A stretch of DNA of 64,000 bases, taken from Nageia nagi (Eukaryota > Plantae > Pinophyta). The stretch covers positions 171,430,001 through 171,494,000 of the forward strand of contig JBITNC010000001.1 in NCBI GenBank assembly GCA_050084985.1, read 5' to 3'. Below are positions 39,680-53,600 of the stretch, in pieces. The notes beneath the pieces were generated by a model. It saw only the letters and a list, made by a program, of their open reading frames with translations. It was not told where the DNA came from and searched no databases. Position 1 is the stretch's first letter; every line of letters starts with the position of its first letter. A program made the position numbers and the translations under genes.

Positions 39680-39954
39680 CTGCAAATACAAGTCTCAGTG
39701 AATCAAAATAAAGCACATAAAAGAGACCCAAATCAGTTCCAATCATATATTTATTTTCATAGCATTCTCTTCCTTGACCATAGATCTGATAGACAGAAAT
39801 AGATTATGAGCATCTGGTACAAGAGACAAAATAAGATCTGCAGATAGCAATTTGCAATTTACAAGTAACTCTTGTGGCCGATTCTAATTCCACATCTCAA
39901 AAATAATAATCATTACAATGCATCAAATATAATTTAAAATGAATGCGATATTAC

Positions 39955-40215
39955 TCAGTAGGAGAATCGCCAAACTTCTTGAGTTCATCCTTTGGATTAA
40001 AATCTGAAAGTGCTGATCCCGTGATCAGAGAGCCAAGAAATACAGCTATCAAAATGAAATAATAGTATTTGCTTGCTGTATTTCTTTCAATTTCTGAAAA
40101 TGATGAGTAACCTTCAATTTTGGACATTGTCATCAAAATTGTTGGAAGGATAAGGAGAAATAATTTCAAAGCCAGTCCTGGTAGAAAACCTTGGATGAAT
40201 GACTTTACCAACTTT
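39955..40215 (-). CDS. OSCA1: OSCA/CSC1 internal exon (TM4-TM5 region)
   Basis: KLVKSFIQGFLPGLALKLFLLILPTILMTMSKIEG..ASKYYYF. tacag acceptor and GTAA donor; phases match both neighbours. Confidence 0.95.
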
Positions 40216-42133
40216 CTGTACACAAAATTAGATATAAAAACATCAAATAACGCCTAAGAGTCTATATATTTTCAATAGTCCACTCCTTAAATAAACATTC
40301 AACAAAGCACAGCTTCTACCATAAATATTCTTTATTATAAAACTAGCATGTTATCCACACAACAGCATTGACATTAAATATGATAAAAATATCATAAATT
40401 AGATTAAGACATAATATTTTGTTTGCTACTGGTTAAAGTTGAGTAGTTCTGGAAGTGAACATAACATAGACAATAACCAGGAAAAGCGTGGAAGATATGC
40501 TTCTTATGGGGTATAAATAGAATAAGCATAAAGACACAAAATTTAAAGGGGGCTTCTACCTAGGCTAATGGTTTTGTACAAACAAATAATTACACATGAC
40601 AATTGGGAGCAACAACTCGTGTATAATCATATCATGGTTACAAAAAAATTCATATGCATTTTTGAAATTAAGAAACTGGTAAATTAGAAAATCAAAGATA
40701 AGATATTCACCCAAATAAAGATTATAGGATAATTGCAGACAATTGAGACGTACATGACATGTCAACAGTTTCGATATTTGATTTAGCACTTGTATAATCA
40801 TAAGGATACAGAAATCAAATAAGAAGCTGCAAATGCAAACTATCATCTGGACATATTGAAGAAATCATTAAGAAAAGCATAACACTTGTGTGTTGATCTT
40901 TCAGTGAGAACTGTAATAAATGAAATATCAGTTTTATCATGATAATGGTGTTATGGAATCGAGAACAATGGCATAAATACGCTACAGGAATTGCACAAGG
41001 GACTCAGCATTCCTACAACTGATTTGTAATACTTTGTTGATCAGGAGCTCCATGGTCCTCTCTCCAACATGTTGGGAGGTATTTCTTTCCCTCGGTAATT
41101 CTCTGAAATCATCTTAGGCTTTAGGACTCCCCAGCATCATAGTCAGGAAAGCTTTACCAATTCCCTCATTTGAAAAGGACTGTCTACCTCCAAGGCTCTT
41201 GTCAAAACTCCTACTCAAAGCTCTGACATCTATAGGTAACTTGCAAAGCAAAATCCAATGCTTGTATAAATGTCTCTGTGTAGGGATGTATTATGTGTGT
41301 GGTATCCCTCTTTGGAATCAGTCCCAATGGAAAAAATGTATGGAATATGAGATGATAGGTTGTTAAACAACATTTTTTTTAATAAGGTATAGAGTTTGTT
41401 CATAATATTTGTGTATATATTTAAAGATCATATTTGGGTTTTAAAGCATAAAGACAATACTAGAAAGTGAGAAACTACACTTTTGAAATGGAAACGAATA
41501 CTTGGTTAGATACCAAATTGGTCACCACTATAAATCATTGTCTAAAAAGTTCATCCTTTCCGAATCAGTTAAAGGGATCTCATCCAATTGTGCAAACAAA
41601 CAACTATTGTTTGAGTTGTTCCAAAGAGGAGCGGGAAGTGCAACCAATTGTGAACAATCAAATGGACATGGTGGAAGATCGTGGGAAGAACTAGAGTTTA
41701 GATGAAATTCCTAGTTTGATGTCATGAAATAGGAAACAAATTCAGAATATTTCATCTAACATGCATGCTATGAACCAAGAAACTATCAAATACTAGTTTC
41801 CAACACTTTAGAAAGGTAAAGCAATGATACTTTCCCTAAAACTCGTGAATTTTAAAAGGAAGGATGCAAAAGTGTCAAACGAATAATGATAATCCTTAAG
41901 GATCAATTCACAACACCACAAATGGATAATAAAGCTTGATCTTTGCCGTAACCACTTTGTACATAGCTTATAAAAGAGTTATGCAAGAATACATCAATTT
42001 GCTCCTCTTTTACAAAAATTTCACTTTTTTACAAAATGCTAGTTAAAATGAGACCCCTTGCCTCTTATTTATAGGCATTTTGGGGGATTTTTCTAAAAAA
42101 CTATTAGTGGAAGAAAAAATGCTAATTTGAATG

Positions 42134-45100
42134 TGTTGTGCCCGCACACAACATCCCAAAATACAAGATTTTGAGGTCCCTATTTTTGCAAAGGCAATGA
42201 GGTGCATTGCTTTGAGATTGGCTTTTGACGGCAGATAGTTCATTTTGAAGAGTGCAAACGTGATAACAAAGAGCGATTCAAGAAGATCTTGCGACGAAAA
42301 ACCTGAAGAGTATCAAAGTATCCAATCACCAATTTTGAAGCCAAGGAGCCAAGATCTGAGAGAGAGTATCAGAGCATGGATTTTTGGTCTAGAGTGGAGC
42401 CAGTGGAGATGGGGTCCTTTTTACACCATTTCAACTCATAAATGCCAAGTGTGACGAAAATAAGTGTTTTTGCAAAGTTTAAACCCGGGAGCAATGGATG
42501 TAGCTAAAATGATAAAAATAAGCATTTTTGTCAAGTATGAGCCTGGAAAGCTCAAAAATGGTCATTATCACAAAAAGCCATGTTTTGGTCGATTTTGGGC
42601 CTGGAAGTTGTCAATACAATAAAGATGTGCGTTTTTGCACCGTATGAGCCCAGAAAGCTCGAAAATGGTCAAAAATGCAAAGTTGAGCTCAAAATGGCCA
42701 AAAATGCTCTAAAATGCTGAAAATGCTAGAAATGATCGTTTTTTCACACTTAAGGCCCGGAAATGTCAGAAATGGATACTTTAAGCTCGAAAATGACGAG
42801 TTTAAACTCAAAAAGGTGAAAATGGTTGTTTTTGCATCGTTTGAGCTTGGCAATAATCGAAAAGATAGAGTTTGAGCTTGAAGGTGCCGAAAGAGGCGTT
42901 TTGGTCGAGTTTGAGCTTGGGAACACCGGAAGTGGCCGAAGATGCACAGATTGATTCTAGAATGGGTCGAAAATGAAATTTGGAGTACCCCTAGCCCTAG
43001 GCACATTTTCCCAAGGTATTGAAGACCCAAATGAGGGAAAATGGTGCATGTTTCTCATAGATAAATGCAAATGGTGTCAGAATTCAAGTTTAAGAGTGTC
43101 ATTGGAGAGATAAGGTGAATTTTATCACAAGTAAGACTTGAAATTTTCGATTTTGACCAAGTCTAAGGCACTCAAATCCTAGGCACAGTTTTTCAAGCCT
43201 ATGGGAAATCCATAGAGATGATTTTTGGTGCCTAGATTGTGGAGGAAAAGTGGAAATGCATCGGAATTCAAATGTGAATGCATAGATGGATGGAAGAGGT
43301 GATTCTAAGGCACTTTAGGTCTTCAATTGTTCAAATTTGAGCAAGTTTAGACCCTTAGAAAGCTAGGCACAAGTTTTCCAATTTTTCCAAATCCATTGGC
43401 ATGAAAAATGGTGCCTAGATTGACAAAATGAAGTATTTTTTGACCAAAAATCAAGTTTAGATGCTTGGGAACAAGGAAGAGACCATTTCAAGCACATTTA
43501 ATACTCAAAATTTCCGATTTTGAACAATTTTAGGCACCCTAAAGGCTAGGCGCAGTTTTGCAAGGCTATAGGAATCCAATGGAGTGAAAAATGGCGCCTA
43601 GGATGGAAAAAATTGATAAATTTTAATCAAAAGTCAACTTTGAGGGCATAAGTACATAAAGGAGGTCATTTTGAGAAGGTTTAAACTTACAAATTTTCAT
43701 TTTTGAGCAAGTTTGGAGGCACAAAAAGCTAGGCACAGGTTTGGGACTGATTGAAGATCCATAGGACTGAATTTTGGCACCAAGGTTGGAAAAATTTGAT
43801 AAATTTCACTCAAAAATCAAGTTGGACCCCTTCATTCCAAAGAAAAAAGCATTTCAAGCACCTTTAACACTTGAGATTTTTTATTTTAGGCCATGGAAAC
43901 GCCTCAAAAAAGAAAGCGCAGATTTTCATGCAATTGGGAATCCATACACCTGAAAATTGGCACCTAACATGGGAGAATGTGAAGATTTTTAATGTGAAGA
44001 TTTTTACCAAAAATCAAGTTTTTAGACATATTTGCAAGGAAAATGGCATTTTGAGCACATTTAATACTTCAAATTTTCAATTTTGAGCAACAAAAAGGCA
44101 CCCAAAAGGTAGGCGCAGGTTTTCATACCATTGGAAATCCAATGGAGTGAATTCTAGCACCTAGCATGAAGAAGATTCAAAAATTTGCCTCAAAATTCAA
44201 GTTATAGGGGTCAATTGCATGGGAAACATGATTCTAAGCACATTTAAACTTGCAATTTTTCGATTTTGAGCAAGGAAAATGCCCCAAATTCCTAGGCACA
44301 AGTTTGCTAATTTTTCCAAATCCAATGGCATGAAAAATGATGCCTAACTTGATGAGGGATATCAAATTTTGCCCAAAAGCTAAATTTTATGGTTTCATTG
44401 CATCGAAGGGCACATTTTGAGCACATTTAAACTTTGGAATTTTTGGATTTAAGCATATTAAAGAGCTCAAAAATCTAGAAGGCATTTTTCATTCCTATGG
44501 AAATTTTCACTTTTTTCTACTTAAAAAATCCATAGATAGAAAAATAGAAAATTTTGCCAAAAACATCAAATCTTTCCCAAAACCTCTCAAAATTTGCCAA
44601 GTAACTTGTAATCCCATCCTCCATCCATCCATGAGCTCAAATCCACTTTTTAAAAATTTTCCAAATTTTGGACCCCCCCTGTCTGTTTCAAAAATTAGAC
44701 CAAAAATCCACCACTTCAAAAAATTCTCTCAAAATCCCTTGAAAATTTGCCACAATGATCACATCATAGGCAAATCCAAATTCAAAGAAAGGAGTTCAAA
44801 AGATTGACAGAAAGATGATTTGAAGCTTCAAATTTTCCCAAATTGATGCAAAATACCTTGAAATGCGTGCCAAAGGGCATCAAGTTTTGTAAATATTTTA
44901 TTTTTAGCATATTTTAGTGGAATGAGACTCTGCTCCCACTAAAACGATATTGCAATTTCAATTTAGCATTCAAATTAGCAATTTTAAAGCTTTTTTTGAA
45001 ATTAGGGAAATGCCCTCAAATTTCACCTAAAAAGGGATCACTTTTGAGGTAGAATGTTTTTAGTGAAAATTTGTGAAAAATTAGCAAATTGACGTATGCT

Positions 45101-45947
45101 TGTAATTTTTGCACGAATTTAATACAAAGTGGTGAAATATTTGAAACAAAGAGATTTGTCATTTGTGAAATTGTGGATTTGACCATTTTGGAGCTTTTTG
45201 AGATGATATAGAATCTTTCACGTTGTTCCTTGAAAATTCCTGAATTTTAGAAAAAAAATTCTGAAAAATTTTAGAAGTTTTTGAATCACTCCCAAATCGT
45301 CGCCTTTCTACAATTTGTATAGTAAGTGAACGTATTCTCGGCTTCTCTTGTTTCTATGACATCAAATTAGATTTTTTTATTCGAAACGAAGTTTGTGCAC
45401 TTGTTGTGTTGTGTCTTTCTGTTGATTGCATCGATCCTGCTTGCAGAGTACCAACGATTAGCTCTCCTCCCTGCTCCTCTTAAGAATAGACTGAACTTAG
45501 ATTATTCTATTTTTAGGTTGGAGGACTTCGAATGAAACTTCTTGAATGATCCTAAAGTAAGAGACCTTAGACACTGCTTCACTATAACCTTTTCTTTGTC
45601 ATCTCACTAGTATTCAAAACATTCTCATCCCTTTTTTCTTTTCTTTATTTTACACTTTCTTTAAACATATGGCAACTTTCGAACTATTATAAGATGAAAC
45701 AACTCAATCCCTACAAAAAATGTGAGTTAGCAGTTATTACCTCTACTACACCACTCAATTGATTTCCAAACAAGACCTACACAATTTAAAGCTTGTATTA
45801 ACGACACGAGCTTTCCGATAGAAACCTTGGGGTATCAGTCCTTACAAGAGGAGTTCAGTAACGCATTCTCACCTACATGCTGGGTTGCTTTCCCATCTTC
45901 ATCGTATGGGTGATCGCCGAGTAAGAGGAAAGGTTTCCTTCCCAACA
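42134..45947 (+). repeat. 5' LTR (3.8 kb, ORF-less variant)
   Basis: TGTTGTGCCC...TTCCCAACA. 43648-45947 is repeated at 55210-57502. Confidence 0.9.
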
Positions 45948-45952
45948 TAGAT

Positions 45953-45972
45953 TGGCGCTAGAAGGAGGGTCG
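45953..45972 (+). promoter_or_regulatory. Primer binding site complementary to tRNA-Asn(GUU)
   Basis: TGGCGCTAGAAGGAGGG five nt after the LTR end; complement of the plant tRNA-Asn 3' end CCCUCCUUCUAGCGCCA. Confidence 0.85.
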
Positions 45973-46228
45973 TTTGATTGTTCTATCCTTCCCTAAAACA
46001 GGCTAGTTTAACTTTTATCTAGCTCCTCTTCTCTACGCGCCAACATAGATAGGTGCTAGAAGGAGGGTTGTTTGATAGTTTTATCTTCCCTATGCTAGTG
46101 TCCACTTGTTTTTTTACCGACGACCTGATTTTTTTTTCTTGCTCTACTTAATTGTTGTCTTTTTCTTTTTCTTTTTTCTTTTTTTCCTGCTCCTTTAAAA
46201 ACTTCAAGTTGGGACCTAGAAGAGAGAA

Positions 46229-49018
46229 CATATTTGTTTATAGTACAAGGGTAGCTAGAGCAGCAAGAGAAGCAACAGAGGCAACTGAAAGGGAGTTGAA
46301 TAAAGAGATAGATCAAATTCCAAGAAGCCCAGTATCCGAATTCAATTTAGAAGGGTCCAATATTCCAACGTAGCATACTTCCCCAAGAGAAATTGTTAAA
46401 CCACCAATTATTACCTCAAGTATCACTCAATCGATAGTGCAAACAATAACCCAACCTATTGTGCCATCAATTCAACCACTAGTTGTTCAATTTGCAAATC
46501 AGAATCAGAACATCCCAATGGCAGCAACTTCAGCATGGTTGGTGGGAAGACCAATAAATATTGCAGGACAGGTGCATCAATGCCCTAAGAATCCGGATAG
46601 ATACCTGTCGAAGTTTATTCATGATGGACCAGTAACGGTGGAAGATCATATTCACATGTACAAAGATGACATACGACAACTAGATGTGGTTCATGAACAT
46701 ATGGCTTGCCGCATGTTCCCAAATACTCTAGACAGCATGGTTACTATGTGGTATGCTAGTTTACTTGAAGGATCGATAACTTCATTGACACAGCTTGAAG
46801 AATCATTTCTGAATCAATTTAGTGTGCCCATCGATCCAAATGTTCTATACAATTAACTTGCAATGATTAAACGTCTACCTCATGAGCCGCTTCAAAACTT
46901 CAATTATAGATTACAGATACCATACTCCAAGCTCATGGATCCTTACAAAGTTGATGGAGCTTGTGCATTAAAAATGTACCTAAGATCACTCGACAATATG
47001 ATTGGGGCTTTCCTCAGAAGAGATGGTACAATAATGACACTACCTATTGCCTATTCAACGGCACTGAAAATTGAACAAGAGCTCAACCCGCAAGGAAATG
47101 GCCAAATAAATGTGACCACCATACAACCCATTAATCCATTCAATGCCCATACTCAAAATTTGAGTGTTCAAGAAGCGGTAAATCCTCAGACTTTCCCACT
47201 CCAACAGATGGCATCAGCGATTGATACAAGTTCAGCTATCAATCCAATTGCTCCTTTCCAACCTACATTCTTGAATCTTACTAAACAAGTTGCGAACCCC
47301 GATGCAGATACTGCAATAGTTTGGCACAACAACGGAAAATTGAAGAGCTTGAGAGGTTGGTACAGAAAATGCGCAATGATATGACTCAAATGAAGATGAA
47401 TCAGAGTCATAACTATCAGAATCAGCAGAATGACAAAAGTCAAAATCAGCAGGATCGTAAGCATAATTACCAAGGTGATAGCCCACGAAATTTCAACTTC
47501 CAAAGGACGAATAGAACATGGAATGCTAGTCCAAATAACAGCGGTGTTCCAAATTTGGTTGTCAACGATAGTAATCATGTGAACAACTTTGATTTATCAT
47601 GTATAGGCTTATCCAACTGGTGTAAAGTGCACTCTACAACCTCACATGGAGAATCCAAATGTCTTTAATTCAATGCAGCAATGAATGTTTTTCAACAAGA
47701 GATACAAAACATGGATATGACACCAAATAATGCGCGAAGCACATCTCAATCTAATTCCAATCCAATTGTAGTAGCCGAGATGTCATACAAAGATGAAGAT
47801 GTCTAGGAAGGAGAAACATCTGAAGATGGAGTGTATGCTGTAGGACCAATCTTTGAAGAAGAAGTTTATACAACGAAACAGCAAACACCACAAGGCCACC
47901 ATACCTATAACTTTTGGCCAAGGGTAAACAAAGAGAATGCAACTTCATCCAGACCTCTGAACAACGTATAGATTCCACCTGATCAAACTTCACTAGTTAA
48001 TCCTCCACCACGTGTGCAACAACCTTCGCATGTACCTGTGCAACATGTACAACCATTTGTACAAACTTTCCGTCAAGTACAAAGTCGACAAGGAGAGACA
48101 CAGTCACACAACACAAAGACAAAAAGGTATTTGAGGAAAGAACTGAATTGGTACCACCGTAATACAATATCATTAAAGATATGAAGAAACAAAGAGTAAA
48201 CATGACAATGTACGATTCTTTAGATGATGAGATCCAATAGAAACTATTGCTCAATGAAATAAAACAAAGGAAACAAAAATGGATACCTAAAACATCAGAT
48301 ATATAGATGGTCTCAGGAAAGGAGGAGATAAATGCCCCTCCATTTCCGCTATCCTTAACAATAGCAGGCAAAAACTTGCATAACTACCTGATAGATTCTG
48401 GAGCACAAGGAAACGTTATGCCTGTTGGGGTGTGGAAGAAATTACAAATACCACTTTCAGATGGCCCTAGAAAGGTGATTCAGTTGGACAAAATTGAGGT
48501 GAAGGTGATAGGAATGTTGAAAGACGTGCACATACAGATAGCATCAAAACCACGTATTCAACAAAGAATAGATGTCCAAGTAGTGGAGATACCAGACACC
48601 TACAGATGTTGCTCAGTAGAAAATGGTCAAAAGATATGAATGGATATGTTAGTACGTATTGGTCTCATATGTGGCTTCCATGGAGAGGCATTGCAAACCA
48701 GATACGGGTTGAGAGCGAACCAAGACTTAAGTAATTACAAAATATAACAATCTGAATGAATTCCAGTTCCTTGCAGTGGGAATGGGCATCTATGAGTCGA
48801 ATGAAGTCTATCATCTAGATATGAAACCACCAAAGAAGAAAACCATTGCGACCAGGCCTACCAAAGACATATCTAGAGCACGTAATCCCCAAAACATTGC
48901 AAAGATAAAACAACAATGGGCAATCAAGGTCAATAGTCAAGCATCCAAATGCTCAGTGGGTAAGATTTCACCATCACCAAATGATGGTGGACATTTTAAA
49001 CACTTCTTTCCACCTTGA
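46229..49018 (+). pseudogene. Degenerate gag, aspartic protease and integrase tail
   Basis: Retrotrans_gag-like CRMFPNTL..WYASL..GSITS, knuckle WCKVHSTTSHGESKC, protease LIDSGAQGNVMP, terminal GGHFKHFF. Multiple stops. Confidence 0.85.
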
Positions 49019-50201
49019 ACGAATTGCGGTGTTGTACATAATGTAAATAAAATAGATTAGTTTTTCAATTGCAAATATAATTAGCTTAGGAATCTTAATG
49101 AAATCATCGAGATACACAAGCATTCAAGCTCATAAACTAACATTGGTTCGCTACCAATCGGTGTATATCTAAATATAAGCTACCCTCATCAAAGCACACC
49201 GAGCTCGGAAACTATTTGTTCCGACCCAAAGACTACAATTGAAACAAACACTCTGGATGATATTAATGATTATTTGATGAAACAGGAACTGACAATGGTG
49301 CGTTGCCAATCGGTGCAAATCCGATAACAAGAGAGTATCTAGAGTCTTAGATGACAGATAAAAACATATGAACTACAGTGAAAAGAGGACTTTAGCCTCA
49401 AACCTACTATCAAAGTATGAGGAGTAAAGAGACAGACGAGGACAGCCTCTACCCAACGTGAGCCTCCATTTGCTTCAGCAACTCACCAACGTGCACTCCT
49501 AGTTCAACTTACCACCCGATACTCCTATCCACCTTGCGCTATTTGACTCGCATTGAAAGCCAAGCGCACACTAGCTTGCTGTTTAAAATGTGCCCAACCT
49601 TGAGCTTGTTGTGTGAAAGCACCTCACGGTCTCCAAAACTTGCATGCCTCCCCATCGAATGCAAATTCCACTTTCAGCAGTCTTGGTTTCCAAAACGTTT
49701 CCTGCACACACGTTTCACCTATTGCGCCTTCCAAAATCATACGAACACCTGACAGAAAACGTTTCCAAACCTGTTGCGCCTTCCAAAATCATACAAACAC
49801 CTGACAAAAAATGCGCCCCTCAAAACTTATCCCCCAACCGTTTTCTCTTACATGCGCCCACCCTTTACTCTCTTCTTGCGCACTCCAAAGCCCACTCCAC
49901 GTGAACATCCGCCTGCCAACTTCTTTATCAACCTCAAACGGGCTCCACCAACATGTTGCCCGAGATAGTCAGCAGATTAGACCACTCAGTCAGCCTTTTT
50001 AAGCACAGTCAGCAGATTAGATAGCATAGTCAGTAGTTTTGCTTGCACAGTCAACAATTCAGATTACACAGTCAGCATTTAATTCAGTTTTGCATATTTT
50101 TTCGAATTTTGAAGACATTTTTGGCCATAACTTGGTGTAGCGAGCTCCTTTTTCAGCGAGATTTTTTTTGTTCAACTCAGAATTCAGAGTATTTTTCAGT
50201 T

Positions 50202-50510
50202 ATGTCATTGGATGGATATTGTTTTTGGAGAGCAATTAAAAAATATATTGGCAAAGATGGTTTAACATTTGATTCAGATTTTGGTGAGTTTGGCATAATT
50301 GAGGGATTCCGCAACTTGGAGTATTGTGTTACCCTTGAAGTTGAAAAAATAAAATCAGACTTGGAAACAGGTTATTTGGCCGATGTTGAAGACAATGAAG
50401 ATAAAGATGTTGTTGAGCTATTCGATGCTGCCTCTACTTCCACCTTACCATCTCTTCGAAGCATGCCTCCTAGAAGGAATCCTCCTCGTAAGAGGAGACA
50501 TGTGATGTAA
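50202..50510 (+). CDS. Small ORF upstream of Copia gag (102 aa, unknown)
   Basis: ATG-initiated and uninterrupted; acidic middle and basic C-terminus PPRRNPPRKRRH. Confidence 0.35.
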   Translation: MSLDGYCFWRAIKKYIGKDGLTFDSDFGEFGIIEGFRNLEYCVTLEVEKIKSDLETGYLADVEDNEDKDVVELFDAASTSTLPSLRSMPPRRNPPRKRRHVM

Positions 50511-50699
50511 TGAATCTCTTTTGAGATCTATTCTTCTATTCTTTTTGCAATTTTTGGTGTGATGTGAGCAAAAAGAATCTTCATTTAGTGTGGAAATTGT
50601 TATTTTCAGCAAAGTGTGTGAAATTTTTTGGCATTGTAAAAGTTTGAAAAAGGCAATTAAATAAAGCTTGAAGTTTCTATTTCAAAAACGCATTCCCTT

Positions 50700-53600
50700 A
50701 TGAGTATTGTTGGTGTTGTTTTAACCGGAAAAGAAAATTGGCCGGAGTGGTCTAGAAAAATAAAGCATACTTTAATTTTCAACGATTTTTGGGTTGACAT
50801 TTGTGATGGTGATAAACAACCTACCAAACCAACTAATGCCAAGGAACATTGGAACATGAAAAATAATAAGGCATATGCTTTGATTGCTTCTTCGGTTAGT
50901 GAGGAAGTTAACCGCCACATTAGCTCTATTGATGATGCTTGGAATGCACTAAAGAAACTCAAAGATTTGTTTGACTCCCATTCCAAATTAGAATTGATCC
51001 AACTTCAGTTGAAATTTTTTAAACTAGAGTTATAGAATGATGATCTCATGGCATTAATTTCAGAAATTAGAGCAATAATGCATGACATTGACTCTACTGG
51101 TGTGAAGATTGATATTGCTCTCGCAGCTTTAATTAAGGCATTGTATCCCACCTATTAAAACTATCTTGAATCTTTGCAAGCTAGTGGTAACCTAAAGTCT
51201 CTCACATTTGACACTTTGGCAGATAAGATTGCAGAACATGAGAAGGCTTTTGGCAAGAAATCTAGTGATTCTACTTCAAACACATTGTGTATTGCTCAAA
51301 AAGGAAAGAATGTTTTTTATGATTCTTCTCGAGGTGAAAGCAGCAACCGTGGTCGTGGTAGGAGGAATTATAGAGGCAAGGGGGGGTGGATCTAATCAAG
51401 GTGATCGTGATGAAAAGAACAATCTCCATTGCAAAAGATGTGATAGATGAGGCCATGAAGCTAATACATGTCGCACTCCATGGGACAAGATCAAAGAAAG
51501 AAATGAAAAACGGGAGCAAGACAAGAGTAAAAACTCTAATTCCGCTCATTATGTTACTGCATATTGTAACAATACCATTGAAAACTTGTGTAATACTTCA
51601 TTTGCATCTTGGGAGGATGCATGGTTGCTTGATACTGGTGCTACATGTCACATGACCTTTCAAAGAGAATTCTTTGAAGAGATGAATACCAACATTAATG
51701 GTGCGGTATATTTTGTTGACAAATCCTGTATCAAACCTTCGGGTATTGGTACTGTGAGACTTAAATTGCCAAGCCTTCCAGATAAGGTTCTTCGAAATGT
51801 GCTCTATCTTCCTCAATTGCGAATGAACTTGCTATCTCTTGTGCTCATTTGACAACAAGGACACTCTATTCATATGTTCAATGGCATTATGGAGATAAGG
51901 AGGTCTTCCAACAACAAAGTGGTGATGACTGGTAGGGAGGATGAGAAGTTGTTGAAGATGCATGGAAGTTCTGCCAAATCACAAAATTATGCCTACCTCA
52001 CCCATCAAGAAAAAGGTACTCTCCCATCTAGTCTTTTGTGGCATGCAAGATTTGGCCATCTCAATTTTGATGATCTTCGTTTGTTGAAAAAAAGAGGTTT
52101 TTTGGGATTGCCTACTATTCCTAGGAACATAGAACCTTGTGAAGCATGTGTCCTAGGAAAGCACAACAAACAACCTTTTCAATGTTCAAATTTTAAAGCA
52201 TGTAGAAAACTAGAACTCATACACTCCGATTTGTGTGGTCCATTGCCTATCCCTTCTGCTACTGGAAACAAATATATCATGACCCTCATAGATGATTATT
52301 CTACGATGTGTTGGGTGTATTTGTTAAAGAACAAATCTAAATGTTTTGCAAAGTTTAAAGAATTTCATGTGATGATTGAGAAAGAAGCAAATGTTCATAT
52401 TGGAACACTTCATTCTAATAATGGGGGTGAATACACTTCAGTTGAATTCAAGAACTATCTTAGTCAGCATGGAATCAAGCATCAAACAATTGTTCCCTAC
52501 AATTCACAACAGAATGGTGTAGCTAAAAGAATGAACAGAACTTTGTTGAATATGACACGGGCAATGTTGTTTTTCAAGAATGTGAAGATGATGTTTTGGG
52601 GTGATGTAGTTGCTTGTGCAGTGTATGTTAGAAATAGATGTCCATCTCATGCTCTTGATGATAAGACTCCATATAAAATGTGGTTTGGCCGTATTCCTTC
52701 GGTTCGACATCTCAAGGTTTTTGGTTCCACCTGCTATGCCCTAGTCCCTAAGGAACAAAGAAACAAACTTGGTGCCAGGAGTCGAAAATGTATTTTCTTG
52801 GGGTACTCAGATACTACCAGGGGTTATAAGCTTTATGATGAGGTAAACAAAAAGTTCCTCTTTGCAAGGGACGCCATTTTTCTAGAATGTTCCAAGAGTG
52901 ACCCGACTGTTGAGCGGCAGCTTGATCACCTTGATAGGTTTACCCGTGGAAAGCATTTCTCCGAACATGATTACGAGATTCCAAATGTTGAGGGGGGGAT
53001 CCCTATTTTGGATCAATCATTGGAATCTACACCACTTGTGCCTATTTCAGAAGTGCCTGATCCAACAGTTGCACCTGTTCCAACAGTACAAGCACCTCCT
53101 CCACCACAGGAAGATCCTTCCTCTTCGTTAGTCCCAGAAGCTCCTTTGGATGATATGATTGAGGGGTTCAATAGGTTGAGTCTTGATGAAGATGAAGAAC
53201 CTCCTCATCTTGTTGAGCAACAAGAAACATTGCAGAAGATTCCTAGGTGGCTTTCCTAAAAACTTGAGAGTGTTCATCCTAATGAAGTTGGAAAGACGGG
53301 AACTAGGAGTTCTTATAGAAACAGAATTGAAGATGGAGCAATAGAGGATTCAGATTCAGGTGATGATATTGAGGATATGGAATGTTCATTTAATTGTGAA
53401 TTGAATTTCTCTACTGATTGTGAGCCGACTTCTTTTAAAGAAGCTTTTTCTCATGATGTCTGGACGGATGCTATGAAGGAGTATGATGCTCTCATCAAGA
53501 ATGGGACATGGAAGTTGGTTGATCCTCCATATGGAATCAAACCTATTGGATGCAAGTGGGTCTACAAAAATAAGTACAGATCAAAAGGCTCACTTGAGAA

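Noticed and set aside
42043-44719. Short ORFs repeated in LTR copies (for example MGLQYLGKMCL at 22718-23062 and 42689-43030)
   Set aside because: Similarity reflects LTR DNA homology; frames are not conserved between copies.
46024-46042. tRNA gene
   Set aside because: Only a short degenerate match to a tRNA 3' end; no cloverleaf.
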